A stretch of 61,934 bases of DNA, filler included, from a bacterium (GCA_024275095.1; 4 parts of 4 records of this genome joined end to end with filler, not necessarily neighbours in it); one strand, 5' to 3'. Shown: positions 31,010 to 43,104, numbered from the whole stretch's first letter. Numbers and translations: made by a program. Notes: generated by a model not told the origin, from the sequence alone.

Positions 31010-32032
31010 TTACACGCTCCGTCCTACCGCCTCTGCCACCCTCCTTACACCCTCCATCAGCTCTGCAAATTTCTCGGGCTTGAGTGACTGGGCGCCATCA
31101 GACTTGGCACGTTCCGGGTCATTATGCACCTCCACTATAAGCCCGTCTGCTCCCGCTGCCACAGCCGCAAGGGCCATGGGCTTTACATACTTCCACACGC
31201 CTGTACCATGGGAAGGATCGACAATTACGGGCAGGTGAGTCCTGTCCTTAAGAACAGGAACGGCGCTGATGTCCAGTGTGTTCCGTGTGGCCGTCTCAAA
31301 CGTGCGGATGCCCCGTTCGCACAAAATCACGTTGGGATTGCCCTGGGAAAGAATGTACTCTGCAGCCATCAGGAACTCCTCGATTGTGGTCATCATTCCC
31401 CTTTTAAGAAGCACCGGCTTGTTCACCTGCCCCAGCTGTTTGAGAAGTGCAAAATTCTGAACGTTTCTCGCGCCTACCTGGAGAACGTCCGCGTATTCAG
31501 CCACGAGTTCCACATCGCGGGTATCCATCACTTCTGTTACCACTGGCAGGCCAGACTCTGCGCGAGCATCACTGAGAATCTTCAATCCTTCCTCTGCAAG
31601 TCCCTGGAAGCTGTAGGGGGATGTGCGTGGTTTAAAAGCACCGCCGCGCAGTGCTCTGGCTCCTGCATCTCGAACCTGTTTGGCGATTTTAACCATCTGC
31701 TCGCGCGTTTCCACTGAGCAGGGACCTGCAATTACAACAAGCGCGTTTCCACCCACCTCAACGTTTTCGGCAATCCTGACCTTTGTGCCTTCAGGATGTG
31801 TTTCTCTTGAAGCCAGCTTATAAGGTTTCAGCACATAGGTCACACTTTCCACACACCGCAGGGCCTCAAGGGCTTCTTTTAAATCACCCTTACCGCGTTC
31901 ATCTCCGATACATGCGATAACGGTCTTCTCCACCCCTTTAAGAACATGAGGGGTATAACCCATTTCGCGTATACGCTGGGCTGTCGCCTGAATCTCCTCT
32001 TCGCTAACGCCGGTTTTCAAGACAACGATCAC
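31010..32032 (-). CDS. aroF: 3-deoxy-7-phosphoheptulonate synthase, class I-beta with N-terminal regulatory domain
   Basis: [35 protein letters not shown]. Confidence 0.95.
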   Translation of the reverse strand: MIVVLKTGVSEEEIQATAQRIREMGYTPHVLKGVEKTVIACIGDERGKGDLKEALEALRCVESVTYVLKPYKLASRETHPEGTKVRIAENVEVGGNALVVIAGPCSVETREQMVKIAKQVRDAGARALRGGAFKPRTSPYSFQGLAEEGLKILSDARAESGLPVVTEVMDTRDVELVAEYADVLQVGARNVQNFALLKQLGQVNKPVLLKRGMMTTIEEFLMAAEYILSQGNPNVILCERGIRTFETATRNTLDISAVPVLKDRTHLPVIVDPSHGTGVWKYVKPMALAAVAAGADGLIVEVHNDPERAKSDGAQSLKPEKFAELMEGVRRVAEAVGRSV

Positions 32033-32152
32033 CGTCTCACCTCTCTCTTTTTTGTTTGATGTTAAAATTCAAGTGAACATGTAGCTTCATTATTATACTT
32101 TCTATTTTCCACTTTTAAAACAAGCATTATTCCTGCACATGCCTTCATAAGG

Positions 32153-33625
32153 TTAAAAGTATACTGACAATCCGCCTTCAATTTTACTCTCGTTGGGAAC
32201 GCGTTTATCAAGAAAGCTACTAAACGAACTCACGGTTACTGCCATGTCAAACTTGAGAAACAGCAAACTCAGTCCCAGGCCTGCAAAATATACGTTTCCT
32301 GGTGCGCTGTTTTTAAGATCCCTTCTGTAACCTGCACGGATCTGAAGAACCTTTATGTTTGCCTCCACACCGGCTGCAATCTCCTGGTTTTCCACTTCGG
32401 GATTGAACGTGGACTTTGTCGGAAGGATATCTGCATCAAAGGAAAAACTGAGGACTTTCAACAGGTGAAAGTTAAATCCTGCACGAAGTTTCGGTTGTAT
32501 TTCTATTGACCCTCCATTTGCTGTTTTGATGTTGGGAGCATTAACATCTTTCGCGACAAATCCCAGGTTGATCATGGGAAACTGAGCCATAATCCCGAGG
32601 TCAACACTCATATTGGTGCTGGGATGTCCTTTGAACATTTCCACAAGTTTTTCAACATCACGACCTTTTACAAGGTCTGATACACGAACGATTTCGTCCA
32701 CTGCCCAGCCCTGAATGATTTTCAGTGCAGCACCCAGGGCAAGAAAATCGGTCAGACGTATCCCGGCAGCAAGCGGGAACTCCACCGCCGTATACCCGCG
32801 AATACGAGCCCCTGTTTGATTCTCCGAGAGCGGGTTGGTGTTCATTGGTGCTATGGCAAGAGTATAGATCGCATTGTCAATGTCCGGGGTTGAACGAGGA
32901 ATACCCCTTTGCTTATAGTGATACCCCATGCGGTTGAGATAATCATCCACAAAGGGATTGGATGTGAAACTATTAATTTCATTCCATTCAGAATATTCGT
33001 TCACAATTCGACTGCGCAGTTCCTGGTATTCATTCTGGCTGAAGAAATCTGCACCCTGACGCGGTTCCGTACCTGCAAGGGCCAGGATGTACGCCCTGCC
33101 TCCAGCATTATTGGCGTCAACGAGGCCCGTATTTTGAAGGTCAATGTACGGCCCTGCACCAATGTCGCCCTGAATAACTATTCCAACACCAAAACGATGA
33201 ATAGCCAGGAATGCTCCCCCATCAGCTACCAGCCCGAAACCTGTCTTCTTATCAAATTCACCAAGTCGTTCTATAAAATCAGTGATATATGAAAGGTCAT
33301 AGTTAAGCAGTGCTTCAGTACTTGCAGCAGCCGCGTATATACCCTTGGGGTCCAGTTCAATAAGACTGTCCAGTTTGCCAATAAGATCGCCGTATGTGTT
33401 GTAACCCGTCCCCACCGTAACTCCCACGCCTCTTTCACCCCCTTCGTTGAAAGCGAGGGCTGCCGGGTTCCAGTATACTGCGGACGAGTCGTCAACTTTT
33501 GCCACAAAGGCACCACCAAGAGCCAGTGCCCGCGGACCGATAATGCGGAACCTGTCAGCATGTAAACCCGCGGGAGCCAGTGTTATGACCAACACCACAA
33601 AAAGCACATCTCTTCTCGGGCCCAT
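32153..33625 (-). CDS. Outer-membrane beta-barrel of the TraF_2/PorV/FadL-like superfamily
   Basis: Signal peptide; GPRALALGGAFVA...AVYWNPAAL; amphipathic strands; C-terminal GLSVYF beta-signal. Confidence 0.75.
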   Translation of the reverse strand: MGPRRDVLFVVLVITLAPAGLHADRFRIIGPRALALGGAFVAKVDDSSAVYWNPAALAFNEGGERGVGVTVGTGYNTYGDLIGKLDSLIELDPKGIYAAAASTEALLNYDLSYITDFIERLGEFDKKTGFGLVADGGAFLAIHRFGVGIVIQGDIGAGPYIDLQNTGLVDANNAGGRAYILALAGTEPRQGADFFSQNEYQELRSRIVNEYSEWNEINSFTSNPFVDDYLNRMGYHYKQRGIPRSTPDIDNAIYTLAIAPMNTNPLSENQTGARIRGYTAVEFPLAAGIRLTDFLALGAALKIIQGWAVDEIVRVSDLVKGRDVEKLVEMFKGHPSTNMSVDLGIMAQFPMINLGFVAKDVNAPNIKTANGGSIEIQPKLRAGFNFHLLKVLSFSFDADILPTKSTFNPEVENQEIAAGVEANIKVLQIRAGYRRDLKNSAPGNVYFAGLGLSLLFLKFDMAVTVSSFSSFLDKRVPNESKIEGGLSVYF

Positions 33626-33689
33626 TTCACACCTCCGGTGCAGATTTTCTCAAACGAACACTTACTTGTATGTGATATTTCTCACGCGG

Positions 33690-35741
33690 TCACCTCTTTC
33701 TTCTACGCGTACGCTGCTTTCTCCTCGTGTGTTTCTCAATGATTATTGTCGCCTCACCAGCTGCTACAAGCAATTGTTTCAGACGCCTGATGCGATCACG
33801 GATACTGGCAGCACGTTCAAACTCCAGCAAGTCGGCAGCTTCTTTCATTTCTTTCTGCAAGCGTTCAATCAGTTTTTCCAGCTCATCAGGTTCATATACT
33901 TCCTCACTTTCTTCAGCTATTGGAACCGTAAAATAATCCCGTTCATATATAGATTCCAGCACATCGTGAATGTGCTTTTTTATGCTCTGAGGGGTAATGC
34001 CGTGCACTGTGTTGTACTCTATTTGTTTCCTTCGCCTGCGCTCAGTCTCTTCTATTGCACGCTGCATGGACTGAGTCACGATATCCGCATAAAAGATAGC
34101 ACGACCTTCCACGTTTCTCGCTGCTCGGCCCACCACCTGGATGAGCGAACGGTCCGACCTGAGAAATCCCTCTCTGTCAGCATCAAGTACTGCAACCAGT
34201 GTAACCTCAGGGATATCCAGCCCTTCCCTGAGAAGGTTGATCCCTACAATTACATCGTAAACGCCTTTGCGAAGGTCCCTGACGATCTCCAGGCGTTCCA
34301 AGGTATCAACTTCCGAGTGAAGGTAGTGGACTTTAATACCCAGCTCCGAAAGATAATCCGTCAGATTCTCAGCCATGCGCTTGGTAAGGGTAGTGACAAG
34401 GACCCTTCCCCCTTTCGACACCTCTTTTCTAATTTCACCCACAAGATCATCCACCTGCCCCTGTGCAGGACGCACCTCTATCTGAGGATCAATCAGCCCC
34501 GTTGGTCTGACAATCTGTTCCACCACGTGAGGACCAGCTTTATACAACTCATAATCACCCGGCGTGGCGGATACAAAAATCACCTGTCCCACCCTCTCTT
34601 CCCACTCTTCGAACTTCAATGGTCTGTTATCCAGTGCAGAAGGCAGCCGGAAACCGTATTCCACGAGATTCATTTTTCTGGTACGGTCACCTTCGTACAT
34701 GGCCCGGAGCTGAGGAATTGTCATGTGGCTCTCGTCAACAATCGTAAGAAAGTCCGGCGGAAAATAATCGAGAAGTGTCGGTGGAGGCTCCCCCGGCCTG
34801 CGGCCTGTAAAATGTCGGGAATAGTTCTCTATTCCCGGGCAGTACCCTGTCTCCCTCAACAATTCGAGATCGTAACGTGTTCTTTGCTCCAGGCGCTGGG
34901 CTTCCAGGAGTTTCCCCTGAGCCCTTAACTCTTTCAGGCGCACTTCCAGCTCCTTTTCGATGGACTTCACGGCTCTCTCGAGCACCTCCTCTTCAGCAAC
35001 GTAATGCGTCGCAGGATAAACAGTGTATTTCTCCACACGCGAAATCATGCGTCCTGTAAGCGGATCAAACAAAAAAATCTTTTCTACGCAATTCCTGGTG
35101 ACACGTATACGCACAGCCACATCCTCTTCGTGGGAGGGAAACACATCTATACAGCCACCCCGCACACGAAACTTACCGCGACGAAAATCATAATCGCCGT
35201 GCTCATACCTGATTTCAACCAGTTTTTCACGGATGTGGCGCAGTGACGCATCCTCTCCTTCACGCACCTGGAGCAACATGGCCGAATACGAATCTGGCGA
35301 CCCCAGGCCGTATATGCACGATACGCTGGCCACAATAATGACATCTCGCCTTTCCAAAAGTGCTGTTGTGGCGCGGTGCCTCAATCTATCAATGTCATCG
35401 TTGATGGAAGCCTCCTTTTCAACATAAAGGTCCTTTTCAGGAACATAGGCTTCAGGCTGGTAATAGTCGTAATAGCTGACAAAATACTCCACTGCATTGT
35501 CTGGAAAAAGCTGTTTCAGTTCGCCGTAAAGCTGACCAGCCAGCGTCTTGTTGTGTGCAATTATAAGCGTGGGACGATTGAGTCTTGCAATTACATTGGC
35601 GATGGTAAAAGTCTTTCCGCTCCCTGTAACTCCCAAAAGCACCTGATGGCGCACACCAGAGACCACACCTTCGACAAGTTTCTCAATAGCCTGGGGCTGA
35701 TCCCCCGCCGGCCGATATTCTGACTGGAGTTTGAACTTCAC
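33690..35741 (-). CDS. uvrB: Excinuclease ABC subunit B
   Basis: [33 protein letters not shown]-terminal UVR domain. Confidence 0.97.
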   Translation of the reverse strand: MKFKLQSEYRPAGDQPQAIEKLVEGVVSGVRHQVLLGVTGSGKTFTIANVIARLNRPTLIIAHNKTLAGQLYGELKQLFPDNAVEYFVSYYDYYQPEAYVPEKDLYVEKEASINDDIDRLRHRATTALLERRDVIIVASVSCIYGLGSPDSYSAMLLQVREGEDASLRHIREKLVEIRYEHGDYDFRRGKFRVRGGCIDVFPSHEEDVAVRIRVTRNCVEKIFLFDPLTGRMISRVEKYTVYPATHYVAEEEVLERAVKSIEKELEVRLKELRAQGKLLEAQRLEQRTRYDLELLRETGYCPGIENYSRHFTGRRPGEPPPTLLDYFPPDFLTIVDESHMTIPQLRAMYEGDRTRKMNLVEYGFRLPSALDNRPLKFEEWEERVGQVIFVSATPGDYELYKAGPHVVEQIVRPTGLIDPQIEVRPAQGQVDDLVGEIRKEVSKGGRVLVTTLTKRMAENLTDYLSELGIKVHYLHSEVDTLERLEIVRDLRKGVYDVIVGINLLREGLDIPEVTLVAVLDADREGFLRSDRSLIQVVGRAARNVEGRAIFYADIVTQSMQRAIEETERRRRKQIEYNTVHGITPQSIKKHIHDVLESIYERDYFTVPIAEESEEVYEPDELEKLIERLQKEMKEAADLLEFERAASIRDRIRRLKQLLVAAGEATIIIEKHTRRKQRTRRRKR

Positions 35742-36475
35742 CGTCCTTTGTTTCTGCGTTTACGAGGCCTGATGCGGCCTCTCATCCTTTCCCATGCCAT
35801 CGCTATAGGAATGGACAAAATGCGCTTTTCAATAGGTTTAAGGCGGCGTACATAAAGCATTCCAAAAACAGCAGCAACCATTCCACCGAGCGTATCAAGA
35901 ATGAGGTCCCACATGGTATCTTCAAGTCCAGCCTGAGCGTGTACATGAAAAAACTGGTCCACGGCGAACTCACCGATCTCCCACAGCACACCGATAGCCA
36001 TGGTGAAAACCACCGTAAAAAAACCTACAAGAGAAACACTCAATCTCACCTTCCCGGAATAATGCAACCCGAACACAATCATGAACGCGGTAAAGGCGAT
36101 GAGCCCGGTGGAGAAAAAGTGAAGAAATTTATCGTAATAAGGCACGCGAACGTACCAGTTAAGCACATCACCGAAAACCAGGTGCAGGAAAATTACCAAT
36201 GTGATAACAAAATCAATCTCCCACGGTAAAGTCATTTTGTAAGAGCGTTCAAGAATACTGGGCAACAGCGACGCGATAATACACAGGATGGTGAGAAATA
36301 CAAACAGGAAATCTCCGTGCCATGCAAAATAAAACAGTGAAGCCGCCATAACGCCTTTCATAATCCACGAAATGATAACAGCGACGTGGACTTCCTTTAC
36401 GCGGGATAGTGCAGATTTCACAGAAATCTTATTTTGACTCTTTGTAGCTGGGGCGCAAATATCAATACCCTCCAA
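35738..36475 (-). CDS. Integral membrane protein, DUF2238/VanZ-like
   Basis: YDKFLHF, WEIGEF, DTMWDL motifs in a multi-TM protein. Confidence 0.65.
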   Translation of the reverse strand: MEGIDICAPATKSQNKISVKSALSRVKEVHVAVIISWIMKGVMAASLFYFAWHGDFLFVFLTILCIIASLLPSILERSYKMTLPWEIDFVITLVIFLHLVFGDVLNWYVRVPYYDKFLHFFSTGLIAFTAFMIVFGLHYSGKVRLSVSLVGFFTVVFTMAIGVLWEIGEFAVDQFFHVHAQAGLEDTMWDLILDTLGGMVAAVFGMLYVRRLKPIEKRILSIPIAMAWERMRGRIRPRKRRNKGR

Positions 36476-36480
36476 ATCTT

Positions 36481-37609
<1,129 letters not shown>

Positions 37610-37675
37610 CTCCGCAACTGCTTAAATGTAAATAAATTATCATTGTAGCAAAAGTGACGTCTTCAAAAGAAATAC

Positions 37676-39772
37676 TTATTTTTTAACGACAACATTTACC
37701 CGGCCTTCCTTTCTTCTCACCTGAACCACCACATCAGCATCATAACGCCTTAAAACCAGGTCCACGCATTTGTCACCGAGTCTGAGATTATAAACTTCCA
37801 CCACAGAAAGAAAATCTGGAAGATATGGAGAGTCAAAAGCAATAAGATTTTCTTGGGGGTCAAATACCAATCCTAAAAGGGAGCTCATCAACAAAAATAC
37901 ACTCCCCGCAGCCCAGGCCTGCGGACGACACGCACCTGGATAAAGTGTTGGACCCTGCCCCGGGCGTCTACGAAAACCGCAGAAAAGTTCTGGAAGACTG
38001 TGAAGCTGGAGAAATACCGCAGCATCAAAAAGTCCCCTGAAGATGCGTGCTGCGTATTCCTTCATTCCGTAGCGGGCAAGTCCAGCAGCAATAATACTGT
38101 TATCGTGAGGCCATACTGAACCATTATGGTAACTCATAGGATTGTAGAGAACCTCGGTTTCAGCCACAGTGCGAACACCCCATCCGGAAAAGAAAGGTTT
38201 GTCCATGAGCATTTTACCTACCTGGTCAGCCTGGACACCAGAGGCGGCTCCGGCAAAAAGCACGTGTCCGGCATTGGATGTTCTCACCTCGCACGGACAT
38301 TTTTTTGCATCCAGTGCCAGAGTAAACATTCCGGTATTCTCAGACCAGAAAGCACGATGAAATCTCTCCAGAAGTACCCGAGCCCTCTCATAAGCTTCCC
38401 GAGCCAGTGCGGCATCATTCATACGACGGGCAAGCTGAGCCACCTCTGTCAACGCCCTGTAGGCATAAGCCTGCACTTCTACCAAGGCAATGGGAACCTC
38501 GGGAAAGCTTCCGTCTGCATGGAAAACAGCATCATCAGAATCCTTCCATCCCTGGTTTCGCAAACCCCGGTCCGAAAGAGGGCGGTACTCAATGAATCCA
38601 TCGCCATCAATATCACCATATTCAACCATCCAGCGTACAGCCTGTTTCACCGGACCCCACAGGTGCAGCAGTGTCTCTTCGTCTCCAGTGCGTCGGAAGT
38701 ATTCTCCTGTGAGCATGAGGAACAACGGAGTCACATCCACCGAACCATAGTACAGGGCAAATGGGACATCTCCTACTCGAGCCATTTCGCCTTTTCGTAG
38801 CTCATGCGGGAGTTTTCCTGGCTCGGCGTCCCTGTCACGTTCTGTGCGAAGTGCCTGGAGGCGGCTCAATGTCACCAGCACACCTCTCGCCACATCCGGG
38901 GCAGCCCATAAAATTTGTAAAGCTGTAACCAGTCCGTCTCTGCCAAAAATTGTGTTAAACCAGGGAACTCCTGCGTAAGGATAGAGTCCCTCCTGTGTCT
39001 CGGTCAAAGCTGTGCACAGGTCCGCGCGTGAACGGTTAAACCAGCTGTTGAAGAGTTCGTTATCAGTCTCGATGTACACCATCCGGCTTTGTAAATTTTC
39101 ATAATGAGTTACAGCTTCTTTATAAGCATCTTCATAGTGCCTGGGAATGGATATATCCTCCCCGTATGCTGCTGTGACAGTAACATAAAAATAGAACTCC
39201 TGACGCGGACGAAGGAGGAATGTAAAATATGCCCTTGTCTCCTCTATTTTCTCAGGCACATGACTGAAAAATACTCGAGTCACGCGCCTCAAGCCATCAG
39301 CACCTTCGTAATGGAAAGTGAATCCTTCTGGAGAGCTCTCTATTCCTGAAATGCGGCCGTACGTTCTTCGAGGTGCTCCCCGCAATTCAAATATATCTGC
39401 ATAATCTGCACCAAACTCCAACTCCACTGGAAATGCAATCGAGGCATTAAGATAATTACGAAAACGATACCGTTCATAAACAGTGTTTCTCCACACAAAT
39501 TTCGACCTGAACACATGTACATAACCTCCGCGGATAAGCTGACCGGCACGGCTTTTCAAACCCGGATTTGTCAGATCTGAACCGAATAGAATATTGTCCT
39601 GGGTAATACTGCAACTGAGAAGATAGGGAGGCTTGCCACCAAAGGAAAGCTTCCAGCGATTGAGAAAGCGCACATCGTCGAGGAAAAAGCCCTGTTCGGG
39701 CGAAAGCTCAGAGTCAATATCACCCAGAGGACCCACCACGAAAAAAGCATCTCCACTTTTAATAGCGTACAT
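37676..39772 (-). CDS. Amylo-alpha-1,6-glucosidase family (glycogen-debranching-like) glycoside hydrolase
   Basis: AGVPWFNTIFGRDG, YYGSVD, NQGWKDS, SYHNGSVWPHDN, LPELFCG, PQAWAA; SD GAGGTG. Confidence 0.92.
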   Translation of the reverse strand: MYAIKSGDAFFVVGPLGDIDSELSPEQGFFLDDVRFLNRWKLSFGGKPPYLLSCSITQDNILFGSDLTNPGLKSRAGQLIRGGYVHVFRSKFVWRNTVYERYRFRNYLNASIAFPVELEFGADYADIFELRGAPRRTYGRISGIESSPEGFTFHYEGADGLRRVTRVFFSHVPEKIEETRAYFTFLLRPRQEFYFYVTVTAAYGEDISIPRHYEDAYKEAVTHYENLQSRMVYIETDNELFNSWFNRSRADLCTALTETQEGLYPYAGVPWFNTIFGRDGLVTALQILWAAPDVARGVLVTLSRLQALRTERDRDAEPGKLPHELRKGEMARVGDVPFALYYGSVDVTPLFLMLTGEYFRRTGDEETLLHLWGPVKQAVRWMVEYGDIDGDGFIEYRPLSDRGLRNQGWKDSDDAVFHADGSFPEVPIALVEVQAYAYRALTEVAQLARRMNDAALAREAYERARVLLERFHRAFWSENTGMFTLALDAKKCPCEVRTSNAGHVLFAGAASGVQADQVGKMLMDKPFFSGWGVRTVAETEVLYNPMSYHNGSVWPHDNSIIAAGLARYGMKEYAARIFRGLFDAAVFLQLHSLPELFCGFRRRPGQGPTLYPGACRPQAWAAGSVFLLMSSLLGLVFDPQENLIAFDSPYLPDFLSVVEVYNLRLGDKCVDLVLRRYDADVVVQVRRKEGRVNVVVKK

Positions 39773-39811
39773 CCTTTTTACACCTCTTATTACCGAATAA
39801 TCGAGATACCT

Positions 39812-40849
39812 TCAGGCTGCCCTTCTTAAATGCACTGTTCGCTGGTATATTTGAACATAATCCTGTGCCATACGCCTTGACGTAAAGCGCTTTTCGAACA
39901 CTTTTCTTATCCGGCGCCGATCCAGGGTTTTAACCTTCTCAAGAGCAATTACACCTTCTCTCACATCCTTGATTATGAACCCTGTAACACCGTGTTCCAG
40001 CACTTCAGTAACTGCTCCACACGGCCTGGCAATCACGGGTGTTCCACAAGCCATTGCCTCTATCATCACAAGCCCAAACGGTTCCGGCCAGTCTATCGGA
40101 AACAACAAGGCATATGCATTTGCGAGAAATTCCCCTTTTTCACCTTCACCGACTTCACCGATAAACTCCACCAGGGGATGCTTGAGCAGAGGCTTTATCA
40201 CCGTATTGAAGTATTCCTCATCTGCTTTATCAACCTTCGCAGCAATCTTCAGAGGCATACCCGCCATTACAGCAATTTAAATGGCCAGATCCGGCCTTTT
40301 TTCAGGAGAGATACGTCCGAGAAAGGCCAGGTACTTTCCAGGCTTATAGATAGGTTGATAAAGGTCTTTTGGAATCCCGTGGAAAACTGTACCCACCCAG
40401 TTAACATCTGGCAAGGGCAGGCGCTGGGAATCAGATATGGACACCAATGGTACATGTGCAAAAGCACGATAAAGAACTTGCAGGTCTGGCAGGTCGAGTC
40501 TCCCATGAAGCGTAGTAACAGAAGGCACCTTCAGATATGTCAGCAACGGATAATGCAGGTAATCAATGTGGAAATGAATCACATCAAACTCGGACTGTCT
40601 CTCCATCACCTGCTTTAACATGGCCACATGGTGTGCTACGGGATCTTTCACATTTCCCGCCAGCCGCAGGGCCCTCGGCGTTCCAGGTACAAGGCGTGCA
40701 GACGTGCGGGAATCACCACTGGCAAATAGGGTGACATTAAACCCCATGGACACAAGCTCCTCCGTAAGGTAGTAAACCACCCTCTCAGTACCTCCGTACA
40801 GCTTAGGAGGTACAGCTTCGTACAAAGGTGCAACCTGCGCAATTCGCAT
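39812..40849 (-). pseudogene. GT4 glycosyltransferase interrupted by one in-frame TAA at 40277-40279
   Basis: MRIAQVAP...YGGTER, GRISPEK, EPFGLVMIE; read-through PDLAI*IAVMAGMPLKIAAK is in frame. Confidence 0.88.
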
Positions 40850-40859
40850 GTTACACCCC

Positions 40860-40959
40860 NNNNNNNNNNNNNNNNNNNNNNNNNNNNNNNNNNNNNNNNN
40901 NNNTTAATTAATTAANNNNNNNNNNNNNNNNNNNNNNNNNNNNNNNNNNNNNNNNNNNN
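40860..40959. other. Artificial contig spacer
   Basis: 44 N + TTAATTAATTAA + 44 N. Confidence 0.98.
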
Positions 40960-41189
40960 CTCAAATAAAGCAATAACAACGATTTGTTTTAGAACGATAT
41001 TTTTTCAAATTGGGATATTGAGACAACATGCAGGCCAACAATTCGTCATATATTACACCAGGTTAGACCTCTACAACATGAGCGTCGCCATATTGATTCT
41101 GTAGCCGATGTTGCTTTGGAATAATTTTAGAAATATAACTGTTTTTTCAAACCAATACGGACACACAAAAAATTTTCAAACTGGCTCGT

Positions 41190-41780
41190 TCAGCGCGTAT
41201 TCGAACCATTGGTCTCAAGGGTTGCAGATACCCTGCTGAAAAGTTCTCTCAAAAAAGCGCGGATGCTTTCCCGGTCAACTTTTTTACCAGCCCGGCGAAG
41301 AGAGTGGATCTCCTCTATGAAACCCGAGATATCCTCTGTAATCACACCTTCCAGAATTCGTCGAATTTCCGCTGCTATTACGGGTGCGAGAGCTGATGTG
41401 GATATTGCCAGCAGGAGATGGCCCTTTCTCACGACAGCAGGGAAAACAAAATCGCACATGTCCGGCGCATCCACCACATTGCACAAAATTCCTCTTTCAT
41501 GACAGTCATCCCGGACCTTCCTGGCTGCATCCCCTCCACACGCAACCACGACAAACCGGAAACCCTCTTTAAGGCATGAACCTTGATAGCTTCCGTTTAT
41601 CCACTCGAGTTTTCCATCCTGTATGAGCTCCCGCATCTCATCACACACATGCGGCGAAATCACTGTCACCCTTGCACCGGCTTCCAGCAATGCCTTCACT
41701 TTTCTGAAAGCGACCTTTCCACCACCAACCACAAGCACGTGCAGATTGTCGGTTTTAAACACAAGTGGCAAGTATCCCAT
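41190..41780 (-). CDS. Precorrin-2 dehydrogenase/sirohydrochlorin ferrochelatase (CysG N-terminal/SirC-like)
   Basis: YLPL, VVGGGKVAFRK, NVVDAPDMCDFVFPA, AISTS. Confidence 0.88.
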   Translation of the reverse strand: MGYLPLVFKTDNLHVLVVGGGKVAFRKVKALLEAGARVTVISPHVCDEMRELIQDGKLEWINGSYQGSCLKEGFRFVVVACGGDAARKVRDDCHERGILCNVVDAPDMCDFVFPAVVRKGHLLLAISTSALAPVIAAEIRRILEGVITEDISGFIEEIHSLRRAGKKVDRESIRAFLRELFSRVSATLETNGSNTR

Positions 41781-41851
41781 GGCCGATATTCTACCAGAAA
41801 TCCCTGAACTTCTTTTGATGAAATCTTCACGGTCGGTTACACTTAAACACC

Positions 41852-42643
41852 ATGATAAGGCGCGTGAAAGAAAAGGTTGTATTCATTACCGGGGCATCAA
41901 GCGGTATTGGTCGGGCGACAGCTGCGCTTCTGGGGCGTAAAGGAGCACGGGTCATTCTTGTCGCACGGAGATCTGAAAAGCTGGAAGAAATCGCCAACGA
42001 AATCACGGCTTCAGGCGGCGAAGCCCTTGTGTGCCCTGCGGACGTAACCCGCACAAACGAGGTCGAGCGTGCGGTAAATGCGGCAATAAAAAAATTCGGC
42101 CATGTGGATGTACTTATCAATAACGCGGGAGCAGGACTCGCAGTCCCCGTAAAAGAACTCTCAGAGGACCAGCTCCGCAGACTGTGGGAACTCAACTTCA
42201 TGGGTATGTTTCACTGTACAAAGTTGCTTCTGCCCCACTTTCTCCAGCGGAACAGCGGTCACATCATCAATATTGCATCGGCCGCCGCACTGCGTGCACT
42301 CCCTTTATACGGTGCATATTGCGCGACGAAATCTGCAATGGCCGCGTTCTCAGACTCCCTGCGCAGTGAACTCCTGGGTACGGGTGTGAAGGTTACAGTC
42401 GTGTATCCCTTCATCACGCGCACGGAATTTTACGAGGTGGTCGAAAAAACATCCGGCGGGAGGGGCCGGGTAACAGGTCTGGCCCAGTCACCCGAGTGGG
42501 TAGCACGCGTTATCCTCTGGTGCATCAAAAGGCGCCCTTCACAGGCATTCACGATTCCTGGTATCAAAACCGCCGCTGCACTCAACCACTTTTTCCCTGG
42601 ACTCTTCGACCGGGTGGCACGACTTGTCATCGGGGACATCTGA
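41852..42643 (+). CDS. Short-chain dehydrogenase/reductase
   Basis: TGASSGIG, NNAG, YCATK (YxxxK). Confidence 0.93.
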   Translation: MIRRVKEKVVFITGASSGIGRATAALLGRKGARVILVARRSEKLEEIANEITASGGEALVCPADVTRTNEVERAVNAAIKKFGHVDVLINNAGAGLAVPVKELSEDQLRRLWELNFMGMFHCTKLLLPHFLQRNSGHIINIASAAALRALPLYGAYCATKSAMAAFSDSLRSELLGTGVKVTVVYPFITRTEFYEVVEKTSGGRGRVTGLAQSPEWVARVILWCIKRRPSQAFTIPGIKTAAALNHFFPGLFDRVARLVIGDI

Positions 42644-42822
42644 TTAATTCGTGTCTACGGACTCATCCTCTTCAAGAGGGCGAGGAAGCACATGTGGTAG
42701 CTCTTGCATCTGTAGAGTATCCTGGTTCCTCGTCTCCACCTTAAAGAGGGAAAGATATAAAGGGTGGTGGCTACAGGCATTGCAGCATCATTAATTTTGA
42801 CTCTTGAAGCTGGATCCCACCA

Positions 42823-42911
42823 GTTATTGCGAGGAGTCCTGCCACAGGCAGGACGACAAAGGAGCCCCACAAATTGCTTCGCCTTGGTATAGCAGGGCGA
42901 CCGGAGCAATC
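42823..42911. repeat. Palindromic intergenic element (REP-like, degenerate)
   Basis: Perfect hairpin GTCCTGCC-ACA-GGCAGGAC (42836-42854) and an imperfect hairpin ATTGCTTCGCC...GGCGACCGGAGCAAT; single copy in this window. Confidence 0.4.
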
Positions 42912-43020
42912 CCACCCCCCGCACTCCACCGCGCCTAAAACCTCAGCGTTGAACCCCGAATGTCCAATGTTGAGACCAGACCCCGAAATGCATGCCCAAC
43001 ATAAATCGCTTCCATCCATG

Positions 43021-43104
43021 TGCGAGGGGAGGGACTTTAACCCTCACCCCATTTCCGGGACTGGATTCTAAGTCCAGCGCGTCTACCAGTTCCGCCACCC
43101 TCGC
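43021..43104 (-). tRNA. tRNA-Leu(TAG), with atypical T-loop TTAAAGT
   Basis: GCGAGGG/CCCTCGC acceptor, CTGGA-CTTAGAA-TCCAG anticodon arm, long variable arm; CCA not encoded. Confidence 0.9.

Noticed and set aside
32153-33625. Conjugative element implied by a TraF-like gene
   Set aside because: No relaxase, VirB4/TraC, integrase or att sites; flanked by housekeeping genes.
33447-34928. 493-aa plus-strand ORF
   Set aside because: Antisense shadow of uvrB with no recognisable motifs.
38126-38800. 224-aa plus-strand ORF, and similar ones at 14217-14912, 31124-31717 and 39992-40618
   Set aside because: All lie antisense to well-supported genes.
39772-39814. GT4-hydrolase fusion by TGA read-through (same frame, 13 open codons between)
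   Set aside because: One-in-three chance of sharing frame; the hydrolase has its own SD (GAGGTG) and ATG; the GT4 is already full length.
42644-43020. tmRNA, or the short ORFs 42655-42924 and 42771-43019
   Set aside because: No tRNA-Ala-like ends or tag ending in a stop after an ALAA-like peptide; the ORFs lack SD sites and protein-like features.
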